A stretch of DNA of 64,000 bases from an uncultured Gemmatimonadales bacterium. Lineage in GTDB: Bacteria > Gemmatimonadota > Gemmatimonadetes > Longimicrobiales > Longimicrobiaceae. The notes under the pieces were generated by a model. The model saw only the letters and a list, made by a program, of their open reading frames with translations, was not told the DNA's origin and ran no database searches. Of this stretch, positions 8,943 through 18,452 are shown in pieces. Both the position numbers and the translations under genes were made by a program. Numbering within the stretch: position 1 is the stretch's first letter; the number at the start of each line of letters is the position of its first letter. The stretch lies in NCBI GenBank assembly GCA_963716255.1, contig OY970303.1:544001-608000 (forward strand). The letters run 5' to 3'.

Positions 8943-9947
8943 TCACTCCCGCTGGAGCTTCTTGAAGATGGTGCGGACGTGGATGTTGAGGCGCTCGGCG
9001 GCGCGCGTGCGGTTTCCTTCCTCCGCGCGCAGCGCCGCGTCGATGATGGCGCGCTCGCAGTGCTCCACCGCCTCGGCCAGCGAGAGGCCGCTCTTGGCGA
9101 CCAGGTCCCACAGGTCGTCCGTCATCTCGCGCGACGCGGGCGCCGGCGCGGGACAGTCGTCCGTGGGGATGCCGAGGTCCTCCGCGTCGATCATCTCCTT
9201 CTCGGAGAGAAGCGCCGCCCGCTCTATGCAGTGCTTCAGTTCGCGCACGTTCCCCGGCCAGTCGTAGCGGTGCAGCGCCGCCAGCGCTCGCGGCGTGAAG
9301 CCGTGGCCGGGGCCCACCGTCTCATAGAGGAAGTGGCAGGCCAGCAGCTCGATGTCACCGCCGCGCAGGCGCAGGGGCGGGAGGGCGATGCGCATCACCT
9401 CCAAACGGTAGAGGAGGTCGGCCCGGAACTCGCCGCGCCGCACGCTCTCGGCGAGGTCGCGGTTGGATGCCGCGATCACCCACGTCCGGATCTGCTCCAC
9501 CCGGTCCGAGCCCACGCTGCGGAATTCGCCGCTCTCCAGGAAGCGTAGCAGGCTGGCCTGCACCTTCGGCGACAGCGAATCGACCTCGTCCAGGAACAGC
9601 GTCCCCCCGGAGGCCGTGCGCAGCAAGCCGTTGCGGGCGTCGCGCGCCCCGGTGAAAGCGCCGCGGGTGTGTCCGAACAGCTCGTCCTCGGCGAGCGTGT
9701 CTGGAAGCGCTCCGCAGTGCACCACCACGAACGGCACGTTCCCCGGCTGCCCGCGCAGGTGCAGGGCCTGGGCGATGATTTCCTTTCCCGTGCCGGTGGG
9801 GCCGGTGATCAGCGTGGTGCGGCGGACGCGCGCCACCGCGTCCAGGGATTTCACCACATCGCGGATCACCGGGGACTCCCCGACGAGGCCGAGTGGCCCG
9901 GTGCGGAGCACCCGCTGGGCGCGCACGCTTTCCATTGCGATGGTCAT
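8943..9947 (-). CDS. Sigma-54-dependent transcriptional activator (AAA+ plus Fis-type HTH) with no N-terminal sensor domain
   Basis: GPTGTGKE Walker A, GAFTGA, LFLDEV Walker B, WPGNVREL, GNRTRAAERLNI. Start ATG 9947 or 9935. Confidence 0.93.
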   Translation of the reverse strand: MTIAMESVRAQRVLRTGPLGLVGESPVIRDVVKSLDAVARVRRTTLITGPTGTGKEIIAQALHLRGQPGNVPFVVVHCGALPDTLAEDELFGHTRGAFTGARDARNGLLRTASGGTLFLDEVDSLSPKVQASLLRFLESGEFRSVGSDRVEQIRTWVIAASNRDLAESVRRGEFRADLLYRLEVMRIALPPLRLRGGDIELLACHFLYETVGPGHGFTPRALAALHRYDWPGNVRELKHCIERAALLSEKEMIDAEDLGIPTDDCPAPAPASREMTDDLWDLVAKSGLSLAEAVEHCERAIIDAALRAEEGNRTRAAERLNIHVRTIFKKLQRE

Positions 9948-10934
9948 TCGTCGCTGCGGATTCGGGTCTGGACAAGACCCCTGTCGGGGGGGATTCCGGG
10001 CGAGCCGCGGAGGGGCCGCGGCGCCGCCTACAGGAAAAACTGGGGCCAAACGGGCAGTACCGCCCGCCGGGGGTGAATGAGCCGCCACACCTCAAGGCCG
10101 CGTCTGGAGAAATCCGCTGCCGTCGCCTTTCCGTGCCCGGCGCCACTGTGCGTTCGGAGCGTGCCCGACAGGCCACGGGTGCACGAACCGCCATGCCGGG
10201 ACGGACATGTCCCCCCGCGGCGGCGTCCTGCCTTCGGGCGGTTGCGATCCACATCGCAGGGAGGCGGTGTCGGGGAAAGGCAGAGGACAGCTCCGAGTGT
10301 TGCATTGACATCGACGCTACAGATAGTGTCGCAAAGATATGGCCGTGCGCGATGCGTTTACGACTCGGGTGGAAGATCGTTGCGGGATGCGGTGTTGCTC
10401 GCCGGGTGACGCGGGGATGCGCTGGACCGACATGGCACCCGCGGGGAAAATCTTCTTCATCTCGCTGCTCTTCATGGCGCTGGTCCTGGGGCTTCCGTTG
10501 ATGATCGGCCGGCACATCACGCAGGGACACAGCTTCGGGCTAGTCAACGCTATCAGAGCGAAGGACCGTCAGGGCCGCCGGAACGGGTCGGCCGGCCTCC
10601 GGCCATGCACTCAAGCGTCGGCGGACGTGTGTTTACCACCGACGAATGAGGACCGGGCCGCTACGAGCGCTGAAGGAAGTGTCCGCGCTCACTTGGCTCG
10701 GGGTTCGTCATTGCGGAAGAGGCGCCTGCTGCAGCTGCAGCTGGAGTTGCTGAATTTCGGAGGTGAGGGTGTCGTACGTCGCTTGGTCCGCCGTCGACCC
10801 GCTCGTCTCCTCACCGATCTGGTCGTTGAGCGCGCGGATCTGCGATTGCAGATTATTGGCTTGGGCGTCAGCCTGGACCATCACATCGAATACGCTCGCC
10901 ACCTCACCCCGGAAATCGGCGCGAAGAAGAGCTA

Positions 10935-12127
10935 GTGGATCACCCCGGCTGAGGTGATGGGTATCGGGAGGAGAACTTCTCCCGAGCCTTGGCGGTTGTG
11001 AAACGCCACTGAATCGTGGCCTTGCTGCCGTTGCGGTCGCGGCACCAGACGGCGGTTTCACGCTGCACGACTTCCATGCTGGGCAGGCGCCGGTCCAAGC
11101 ATTGAGTGCCGAGCACGGAGAACTCCACCTCGGCCATGTTCAACCAGCTTGCATGCTTGGGCGTGTGGTGCAACTCCAGGCGCTTTGCGATCCGGCTTGC
11201 TTCCTCGGGCGCGAACGCCTGGTAGAGCGAGGCCGGCGTGTGCGTGTTCAGGTTGTCCAGCACCACGCGGACCTTCTCCGCCTCCGGAAAATGCACGTCC
11301 ACCAGATCCCGCATGCAGTGGGCGAAGTCGATCGCGGTGCGCCGCTGCGTGACCTTGACCTCTCGCCAGGCGGTGTCGGGGCTGAAGAAGAGGAAGAGGT
11401 TGCACGTGCCTTCGCGCCGGTACTCGTAGTCGAACCGCTCGGCCTGCCCCGGTCGCGCCGGCAGCGGCATGCGCACCTCGGACAGAAGTTGCAGAGGCAT
11501 CTCGTCAAAGGCCACACGCGGCCGCTTCGGGTCGTTCGGCTCTGCATACAGGTCGAGCACGTCCTCCATCCGCCAGACGAATTCGGCCGTGATCTCCGGG
11601 ATCAGCCACTGCTGGCGCTGCCACGGCTTCGTCTTGCTTTTTTGAGCGTGCGGCGCACCGTCTCATCCGAGATCGAGTCCACCGCCCCCAGTTCCACCAG
11701 CCGGTCCGCGAGCATCTGCATGCTCCAGCGGGCGCGCCCACCAGGCACGTCGCTGCAGGCCAGCGCCAGGAGCAGGGCCTCCGCTTTGCCTGTCAGCTTC
11801 GGCGGCATCGGCGGGCGGGGTTTCTCTGAGAGAGCCGCCTCCAGCCCTTCTTCCACGAAGCGCTTGCGGATGCGCTCCACCGTAGCGACCCCGACGCCCA
11901 CGCCCGCGACGATCTGCTCGTCCGTGGCACCCTCGTCGGAGCGCAGCACCACCAGAGCGCGTTTGATCCGCCGCGCGCTTGCCTTCCCCTTGCGCGTGAG
12001 CACAAGCAGATCGCTGCGCTCCTGCTCCGTCAGCTTCACCTTGTACCGCTTCGTCATCCTTCGGCTCCTGTACAACTGCGTACCCAAAGCCGAAGGATAC
12101 CCCATCAACTCACTCGTGGTGCCCCAC
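10935..12127 (-). mobile_element. IS630-family insertion sequence
   Basis: Imperfect terminal inverted repeats (GTGGATCACCCCGGCTGAGGTGATGGG / GTGGGGCACCACGAGTGAGTTGATGGG), TA duplicated in CTAG context, split transposase. Confidence 0.95.
10940..12057 (-). CDS. IS630 transposase: orfA (HTH, 12057..11602) and orfB (DDE) joined by a -1 frameshift
   Basis: AAAAAAG run at 11637-11643; -1 shift gives LKKSKTKPWQRQQWLIP...MEDVLDLY; FDE, LDNLNTH and SWLNMAEVEF motifs. Confidence 0.92.
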
Positions 12128-13254
12128 TAGCCCGCACAGGATGCCGACACCTGTCACGACGGCTTTTACGGTATCGGAGTACTGGTTGTCGTCGCTCAAC
12201 GCCATCCCGAGCGTCCCCATGCACGCAAGCGCAATTTTGTGATTCATCAGGTACGCGGCGACATCGTTGTTAAGCGTCGTCAGCTGGATCTCCAGATTCG
12301 AAGAGTCGCCGCGCAGCGATTCGATCCTCTGCTGATGGCCGGACAGGCTGGTAAAAGCTAGATCACGCTGCTGCTCGCGCAGGTGGATGTCGGACTGTAT
12401 TCCCACCCGCCTCGCGACTTCCGCCTGACGCGCGAGTTCTTCCGCAGCAGATGCCTGGAAGGATTCAGGTGAGGGTACCTTGGAGTCCGGCGCAGTGCAC
12501 CCACATAACGCAGAGAGAATGAGCAAGAGGCTGGTGATCTTCAGCATGTTGTATTCTCCTGAGCCTGTTAATAAAGACCGAAGTCGACCTTGATGAAAAA
12601 CATTGCGCGAAGTGAGTGCAGGATCAAGCAAACATCATTTCCTTTAGGTTTCCAAAAAGATCATTGGGATAATCTCCTGATCGGTTCCGCACCCACCCTT
12701 CCAAGAACGCCTGCTGTGGCCCCCGAGCGCCCAGCAGGCCTTTGTTCATTTACCCCAACCACCTTGCCAACCTGCTCGGTCTTGCGCGAGCACGCAGAAC
12801 GGATGTCGTCAAATTGTAGTATGTCCGTATGGGAGCACGTTCCAGGATAATGAACTTCCCCGGTTCGGTGGACACCGGGATAAGCCGCGTTCTTCTCGAA
12901 CTCGGCTGGGCCGTCTTGTTCGCCCAGCAGGTGGAGCAGACGGACGCTCTAGCCCGGCTCCTCGGGGAGGCACAGTACCAACGTCTTCTAGACCTGTACG
13001 ACCGGGAGAGCTCCCCCGCAGACACTGGTCTCCCCCAGGTTCATCCGTAAGCGGATACGGCCGGCTCCGCATTCACAGTGGCGCGGGTCATTGGCCCAGC
13101 ACGGTGAAATGGACAAAGGCGACACGTCGGACCCGGTCCGAGACAGATTTGAGGCTCCGCCTGGTGCGGATGCTCGAGGCAGAGGAAAAGGCTGGGCCCA
13201 TTCGACGCCTCTGGACGTGCGGCTGGGTCCGGTGGCCGCACCAGATGGGCCCCG

Positions 13255-13602
13255 CTAACCTTGCCGGCGCGTGGCGCCGCGCTCCAGGACGCTCAGAATC
13301 TCCTTCCGCACGCGATCACGCCGGCGGACGGGTATCCGCTGCAACAGTATTTCTAAAGCGTCTTCTTCAGTCAGCGAGGACGTGCCAGCTCGCCCCGGCG
13401 ACCGCCACACCCGGAGTTTCGTCAGGGTCCGGCGGTATGGCTGTCCACCCGCGAGCAGCTTGCTGAGACCGGTTGGACTCATCCCCACCGCACGGGCCAC
13501 GCTCCGCAGGCTTGACCGCTCCAGCGCAACATTCAATTCGGCACGGAGGCGGGCCAGCTCGGTACCGGCGTCCCCCGCTGGAACGATACCCCTTTGGGGC
13601 AT
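13255..13602 (-). CDS. XRE-like helix-turn-helix protein
   Basis: SLRSVARAVGMSPTGLSKLLAG HTH pattern; GAAGGA upstream of the ATG. Confidence 0.7.
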   Translation of the reverse strand: MPQRGIVPAGDAGTELARLRAELNVALERSSLRSVARAVGMSPTGLSKLLAGGQPYRRTLTKLRVWRSPGRAGTSSLTEEDALEILLQRIPVRRRDRVRKEILSVLERGATRRQG

Positions 13603-13699
13603 ACGGCCGTCCTTCCGGCGATAGGTGGACTCGGCTCCTCAACCGGCACCATATAGGTGCTGGTTGAGGAGCCGCAACGACGCGATTCGGCTTGGGCCG

Positions 13700-14128
13700 C
13701 GACGTCGCGCTCCCACCCGTGCCGCAGGTGGAGCGGGAAGGCGGGAGCTTTTCGAAACATCGGAGAAGAAAGCCCTGTCGCTGGTGACCCTACACCAGGA
13801 TTTCGCGCCTGGCGTCTACATGAGCCTGGGAGAAGGCGCACGGGCGCTCGGAGATTGGGACCAGGCGGAGTCGTACGCCGCCATGGCTCTGGAGGCAGCG
13901 AGGAAGCGGAAGCAACGGCTGGCAGAGCGAGATGCGGGATATCTGCTGGACGGGATCGCGGAGCGTGAACCAGCGCCTCGCGAGGAAGCGCCGCCGGACC
14001 CCGACCGGATCAGGCTGCTGACCCGCCGTTTTTTAGCCCGGCTCCGGAAATGGAAGGCTCCCGACCCGGGCAGGCCCGGGACGGACGCGTTGTCGAACCC
14101 CGAGGATTCTCCTAGAGCCGATCTTTAG
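13700..14128 (+). pseudogene. C-terminal remnant of a TPR-like helical protein
   Basis: MSLGEGARALGDWDQAESYAAMALEAAR is TPR-like; no credible start, 5' boundary approximate. Confidence 0.55.
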
Positions 14129-14373
14129 CCGCCCGACCCGGCCGTGTAAGTCCCGCGGAGTGCGGGCGCTTCCCCGGTCGTCGTCTCCGTCGAGGAGGAA
14201 ACGACCGTCGTCGTGTCGGTGTGGATCGAACCTCCCGCGCGTCCCCCGGACCCGGCGGTGTAAACGCCGCCATCGTATCGTGGTGCCGCCGGGGCGACAG
14301 GGCTCGCGGCGTCGCCGCAAGCCGTGAGACCCGCCAGAGCACATGCTACCAAGAGGGGGCGGAGCTTCTTCAT
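14125..14373 (-). CDS. Small lipoprotein/propeptide with duplicated YTAGSGG motif
   Basis: AAAGGA RBS, lipobox LTAC, GVYTAGSGG internally and GTYTAGSGG at the exact C-terminus. Confidence 0.8.
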   Translation of the reverse strand: MKKLRPLLVACALAGLTACGDAASPVAPAAPRYDGGVYTAGSGGRAGGSIHTDTTTVVSSSTETTTGEAPALRGTYTAGSGG

Positions 14374-14947
14374 GGTTGTGTCCTTTCACAGCTGAGGTGA
14401 GCCGGAATTGTCCGCGTGTTTACGTTAGTCGCACCGTACCCAATCCGCCACAGGGTGCAGCAGCGTAGCGACAGTCCCGCACCGGCGAGCCAATTCCAGG
14501 CGGAATCAACCAGACCGGCGATAAACCAGGAGCCGCCACGTGGGGTTGCTGCGTCTTTGGGGATCGGAATCGTACCATCCATGCAGCCGCTGGCAGCGGA
14601 GAGCGCTTTCGGCGTCATAATCTGACAGGCGTAAAGAACGTGGCGGTTCGCCGAGTCAACGACGGGTAGCGCAGGGGGCAGCAGCGGCTGGGCAAGACGG
14701 GAGCAGCATAGCTGCGGAAACCGCGGAATCGGGTTCTGCCAGGAGGCTCAGACGTAGCCGGGGGAGGGATTGGGGGAACGGCGGCGCTCCCGGCGGTTTG
14801 GGAGCGCTGCCATGGAGGCCGGGGAGCCGGCGCCGCAGGCGGGCGAGGGGCGGGGTGAAGGCTCCGTGCCCGGCACCGCCGGGAACGGTGCCTCTAAGCG
14901 GTTGGGAAAGTCGGCGCCGCAGGCGCGGACGCGGGCGGGGTGGGGAC

Positions 14948-15077
14948 CGCGTGAGGGATACGCGCCCGGCAGCGCCGATACCCGGCGGCGGTTTGCCGGG
15001 TATCGGCGGAGTTGGGCACAGTCGTTTCGTGCCCTACTCCGCGCGCAGCCCGCCCCCCCGCCAGGGGGGACACGCCC
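14948..15077 (+). repeat. Divergent copy of multi-hairpin element family A
   Basis: Keeps CGCGTGAGGGAT, loops GGCGGTTT and GTCGTTT, the GTT/TAC junction, AGCCCG and CACGCCC, with different stem sequences. Confidence 0.75.
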
Positions 15078-15284
15078 AAGCCTTTGTGGGAGTAGGTACC
15101 CGACGGAAACGAGCCCCGGCTGGATCAGAATCGCCGGGGCTCGCCTGTTGTAGCTGATGCTACGGAATCCGTGTGAAATGAACGGACAGAAGAGTTCCGC
15201 GGAAGGAGCGCTTGGTCGATTGGCGCTCACGATGAGACTCCTTACCTGCCATCGGTGATGCACACGGCGTCCCGCGGCGCACTG

Positions 15285-16508
15285 TCAGGGGCGGGCCGGC
15301 TCCCGCCGCAGCGCGTACCGGCGCACCTGCTCCACGTCCATTTCGTCGCGGCCGACTCCCACTAGGGCGTCCGCACCGATGTCGAGCACCTCCAGGCCCG
15401 CCGGTGTCCTCACCGAGGCGATTGCGCGTCCGTCCGGGGCCAGCACGAGCCACTCTTGAGACTTCCCAGGCGCTTCCGAAGCCGTCCGGCGGACCCAGAG
15501 GAACCCGCCGCGGTCGAGCAGAAGCTGCGCATAGGGAGCCATCGACGCGGGAAACGGGAGCTTGTCCAGCCGCTTGCGCTCCGCGTCCGCCTGTTCGGGC
15601 GCGAGGCCGCGCAGCTGCTCCTGGTGGTGCGCGTCCCGGTCGGCAGAGGTCACCCGGGCGACGGGCCGCCGCTCACGCACCTGCATGACACGCTTTCCGG
15701 CCGGCGTGAGCGCCACGATCTCGCTCTGGTCGCCGGTTGCCAGGTACAGGCGCTCACCTCCAAGCGCAACACGCAGCCTGCGGCCGTAGGGGAGCGTACG
15801 CACGTTGAAGCCGGAGCTCGACACCAGCACGTGCTTCTCGTCGCCCGGATAGACGCCCAGCGTATCGGACAGGCGCCCGTCGGCGGCGTAGCGGAGGAGC
15901 GGCACGGTGTCGCGCCTGGTCCCAGTGCCGCCCGTGAGGAGGCCCGCCATGTCCATTCCTGGCCCCAGCACGAAAGAGCCATCCGCGAACAGTCCCCACA
16001 TTGGGTGGAAGGAGCCGGAAGGCGCCGGCTGCGGCGCGACGACGCGACCCAGCACCCCGTTCCGGGAAAACACCGAAAGCCGGCTGGCGCGAAAGTCCCA
16101 CACGGCCAGTGAGTCTCCCGCCTGGCGCCACACCGCCCCGATCTGGCGGAACTCGCCAGGCCCGTCTCCCTCGCGCCCGACCCGGGCCATGCTGTCGCCG
16201 GAGGCGGCGAAGAGACGGATCGCGTTATTCCCGGCGTCCGCCACGGCAATGGAGCCGTCGTCGAGAAGGGCGGCTCCCACGACATCGGCGAACTGCACGC
16301 CCTCTTCCTCGGAGCCGCCTCCGATCACCAGTGTCGGCGTCCCGCTCACCGTCCACACGGGAAGGTCCTCACCGGTCGGATGCTCCACCATGCGAATCCC
16401 GGCGCTGTCCGCGACGGCGGCAGCGCCAGCTCCGCTGCCCGACTCCGAGCAGGCGGCGAGTGCGAGGAGCATCACAACGATGGAGTGCAGGAAAATGCGC
16501 GGGCTCAT
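15285..16508 (-). CDS. Six-bladed beta-propeller/NHL-like lipoprotein
   Basis: Lipobox LAAC; IAVADAGNNAIRLF and VGREGDGPGEFRQI blade motifs; ATGA overlap with the upstream gene. Confidence 0.85.
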   Translation of the reverse strand: MSPRIFLHSIVVMLLALAACSESGSGAGAAAVADSAGIRMVEHPTGEDLPVWTVSGTPTLVIGGGSEEEGVQFADVVGAALLDDGSIAVADAGNNAIRLFAASGDSMARVGREGDGPGEFRQIGAVWRQAGDSLAVWDFRASRLSVFSRNGVLGRVVAPQPAPSGSFHPMWGLFADGSFVLGPGMDMAGLLTGGTGTRRDTVPLLRYAADGRLSDTLGVYPGDEKHVLVSSSGFNVRTLPYGRRLRVALGGERLYLATGDQSEIVALTPAGKRVMQVRERRPVARVTSADRDAHHQEQLRGLAPEQADAERKRLDKLPFPASMAPYAQLLLDRGGFLWVRRTASEAPGKSQEWLVLAPDGRAIASVRTPAGLEVLDIGADALVGVGRDEMDVEQVRRYALRREPARP

Positions 16509-17491
16509 GGGCTGGACGAGGGGGTGCGGCGTGGTGGGGCGAGACCGGCCACAGCGGTGGCGATCTGGCGGAAGTCCTCTCCCGCGGCGAGCCGCTCGCG
16601 CCAGGGGAGTCCTATGCGGTCGAAGAGAAGACCGAGCGCCGCTCCGGTCCCGTACACCCTTACGCGGATGTGCCAGGTCTCGCCGGTCGCAAAGGCGCCG
16701 AGCCGGACTGGCTCGCGAAGCGCGTCTGCCACGGCTCGGGCCGCATCCGCGGCAGGCTGGCCCCGGGCCAGCAGGGACGCCTGAAGACCCACGATTTGGG
16801 CGCTCCCTTCGATGCGCTCCAGACGATCCTCGTACCGGCGCAACGTTGCAGGAACGAGAGAGTCCCGGGCAGCGCGCATCCCCAGGTACTCGCGCAGAGC
16901 CGGGACGACGTCGCCCTGCTCGCCATACAGCGCGTCCGCAAGCCGGGCCCGCTCGGCGTCGGCCATGGCATGGACACGGTCGCGCGTGTCCGCGCCGAGC
17001 GAGTCGTCCACCTGCAGAACGTGAGGGTCGGTGAAGTCGGTCTCTTGATAGCCGTGGAAACCCTCGTGGAAGAGGAAATCCAGATTCGTCTCCAGGCTCC
17101 CACGTACCGAGATGGCCACGGCGGAGGTCCCCGCGACTGGAAAGCGAAGGTCGAAGAACCCCTGGCTCGCGCCAAGCCCCGGGAGCGCGCCCGGGGCGAC
17201 CCACGCGTCCCAGCACCCGAGCCCGGGGGCGCAGACCCGCTGGGCGGCGAAGGGGGGCCCGGGGTCGCGCGGAGCATGAAGCACGATGGCGAGCCCGGGC
17301 TCGACGACGAGGAAAGCGCGCGGGTCGCTCCAGTATCCTGGCCATACCGGATCGAGGCGGCTCGCCGCCGAGCGAACGGCTGCATACGTCTGGCTCACCT
17401 CGGCCGGTACGGAAACCGTGTCGCGCGCCGCGGCGTGCGCGGGAGCCGGCTGGAGGAGGACCGCCACCACGGCCAGCGCCCACGTCGTCAA
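16505..17491 (-). CDS. Secreted HEXXH metallopeptidase-like protein
   Basis: TTG start overlapping the upstream stop; signal peptide ending AHA; FHEGFHGYQ and downstream IEGSAQ. Confidence 0.75.
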   Translation of the reverse strand: MTTWALAVVAVLLQPAPAHAAARDTVSVPAEVSQTYAAVRSAASRLDPVWPGYWSDPRAFLVVEPGLAIVLHAPRDPGPPFAAQRVCAPGLGCWDAWVAPGALPGLGASQGFFDLRFPVAGTSAVAISVRGSLETNLDFLFHEGFHGYQETDFTDPHVLQVDDSLGADTRDRVHAMADAERARLADALYGEQGDVVPALREYLGMRAARDSLVPATLRRYEDRLERIEGSAQIVGLQASLLARGQPAADAARAVADALREPVRLGAFATGETWHIRVRVYGTGAALGLLFDRIGLPWRERLAAGEDFRQIATAVAGLAPPRRTPSSSP

Positions 17492-18012
17492 TCGGTCCTC
17501 ACGGCGTCGAGAGCGATCCCGGCGGCCGACAGTCCGGCGCCGGCGGCAAAGATCCGACACGATGAGCTGGCGACGACCACAGCTGGGACGGTGCTCACCC
17601 GCAGCTGTTTCAGCACGTCCGGCGGGAGCGCGGCGACATCGGCCGCCCCGCCAGCCCGCGCGGCGTCCGCGGCCGGAAGGCCGTCGAGGTGGACCTTGAC
17701 GAAAGCCACGTGGTTCCCGTTTGCCCGGGCAACGTCTTCCCACCGGGGGCGCAGCTTCTCGCAGAAGGGGCAGGTACGGGTCGAGAGGAAGAAGGCGACG
17801 GGGCGTCCGGCCGCGCAGTAGTCGCGCAGCTGGGCGACGCCGGAAGCGGACTGCACGGGAACCGCCGGTAGGTCCAGCCCCTGCACGAACGCGCGCGTGG
17901 TCCCCCGGAGTTCCACCCGCAGTCGTGCGGACTCGCGCTTGGCAAGGAGCAGGTTGGCGCTGAGCACCAGCACTAGGACAGCCGTGAGCGCGGGGAGAAT
18001 TCGAGACCGCAT
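17488..18012 (-). CDS. Membrane-anchored thioredoxin-fold protein (TlpA/ResA-like)
   Basis: N-terminal hydrophobic helix, TCPFCE motif, cis-Pro-like STVPAVVV. Confidence 0.8.
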   Translation of the reverse strand: MRSRILPALTAVLVLVLSANLLLAKRESARLRVELRGTTRAFVQGLDLPAVPVQSASGVAQLRDYCAAGRPVAFFLSTRTCPFCEKLRPRWEDVARANGNHVAFVKVHLDGLPAADAARAGGAADVAALPPDVLKQLRVSTVPAVVVASSSCRIFAAGAGLSAAGIALDAVRTD

Positions 18013-18074
18013 GAGAATCGTCGGAGTGGGAAGCATCGGCGGTCCCGGGCGAGCCGGGAGCCGCCGTCCGAATG

Positions 18075-18293
18075 TCACTGCGACGTGACGCACTCGAGGG
18101 TGCAGTTGCGGCACTCGCATTCGAGCAGCTCACCATTCTTGACGCAGCTGCAGAAGTCGCAATTGGGTACAACCTTGCACCCCTCCCCAGGATCGGAGGC
18201 GAGACTCACGGACGGGAATGCCATCGACCCGAGCGCTGCCAGTGCAACGAGGGCGTAGGCGAGTACTTGCGCCCGGATACGGATTCGGGGCAT
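18075..18293 (-). CDS. Secreted Cys-rich peptide 1 (72 aa; 8 Cys in the predicted mature part)
   Basis: AAAGGAGG RBS; signal peptide ending PSVSLA; mature SDPGEGCKVVPNCDFCSCVKNGELLECECRNCTLECVTSQ. Confidence 0.85.
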   Translation of the reverse strand: MPRIRIRAQVLAYALVALAALGSMAFPSVSLASDPGEGCKVVPNCDFCSCVKNGELLECECRNCTLECVTSQ

Positions 18294-18452
18294 GCGGCCT
18301 CCTTTGTAGGGGTAAACTTCGCCAGAGAGTGCGTTGCCGAAAACCATCGGTCGATTCGGGCGTCGGACCGTTTAGCGGAACGAAGCGTGCGATCTGATGC
18401 GCCGGCTGTGCGACAAGAGCAGGGAATATCGTCCGATCACTCGCTGAGATGC

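Larger units (their letters stand above)
10708..12547 (-). pseudogene. Coiled-coil lipoprotein gene (~214 aa when rejoined) interrupted by IS630
   Basis: ATG 12547 with AGGAGA RBS and lipobox LSALCGC; removing the IS rejoins ...ILCGL|ALLRADF... in frame to the stop at 10708. Confidence 0.85.

Noticed and set aside
10305..10335. Perfect TTGACA -35 box
   Set aside because: No acceptable -10 element at 16-18 nt spacing.
10417..10560. Short membrane-peptide ORF start (MRWTDMAPAGKIFFISLLF...)
   Set aside because: One plausible hydrophobic helix, then the frame runs antisense into the lipoprotein pseudogene; possibly a truncated gene at a junction but not supportable.
12829..13050. 73-aa plus-strand ORF
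   Set aside because: Could be a gene fragment, but no motif or context is strong enough to call.
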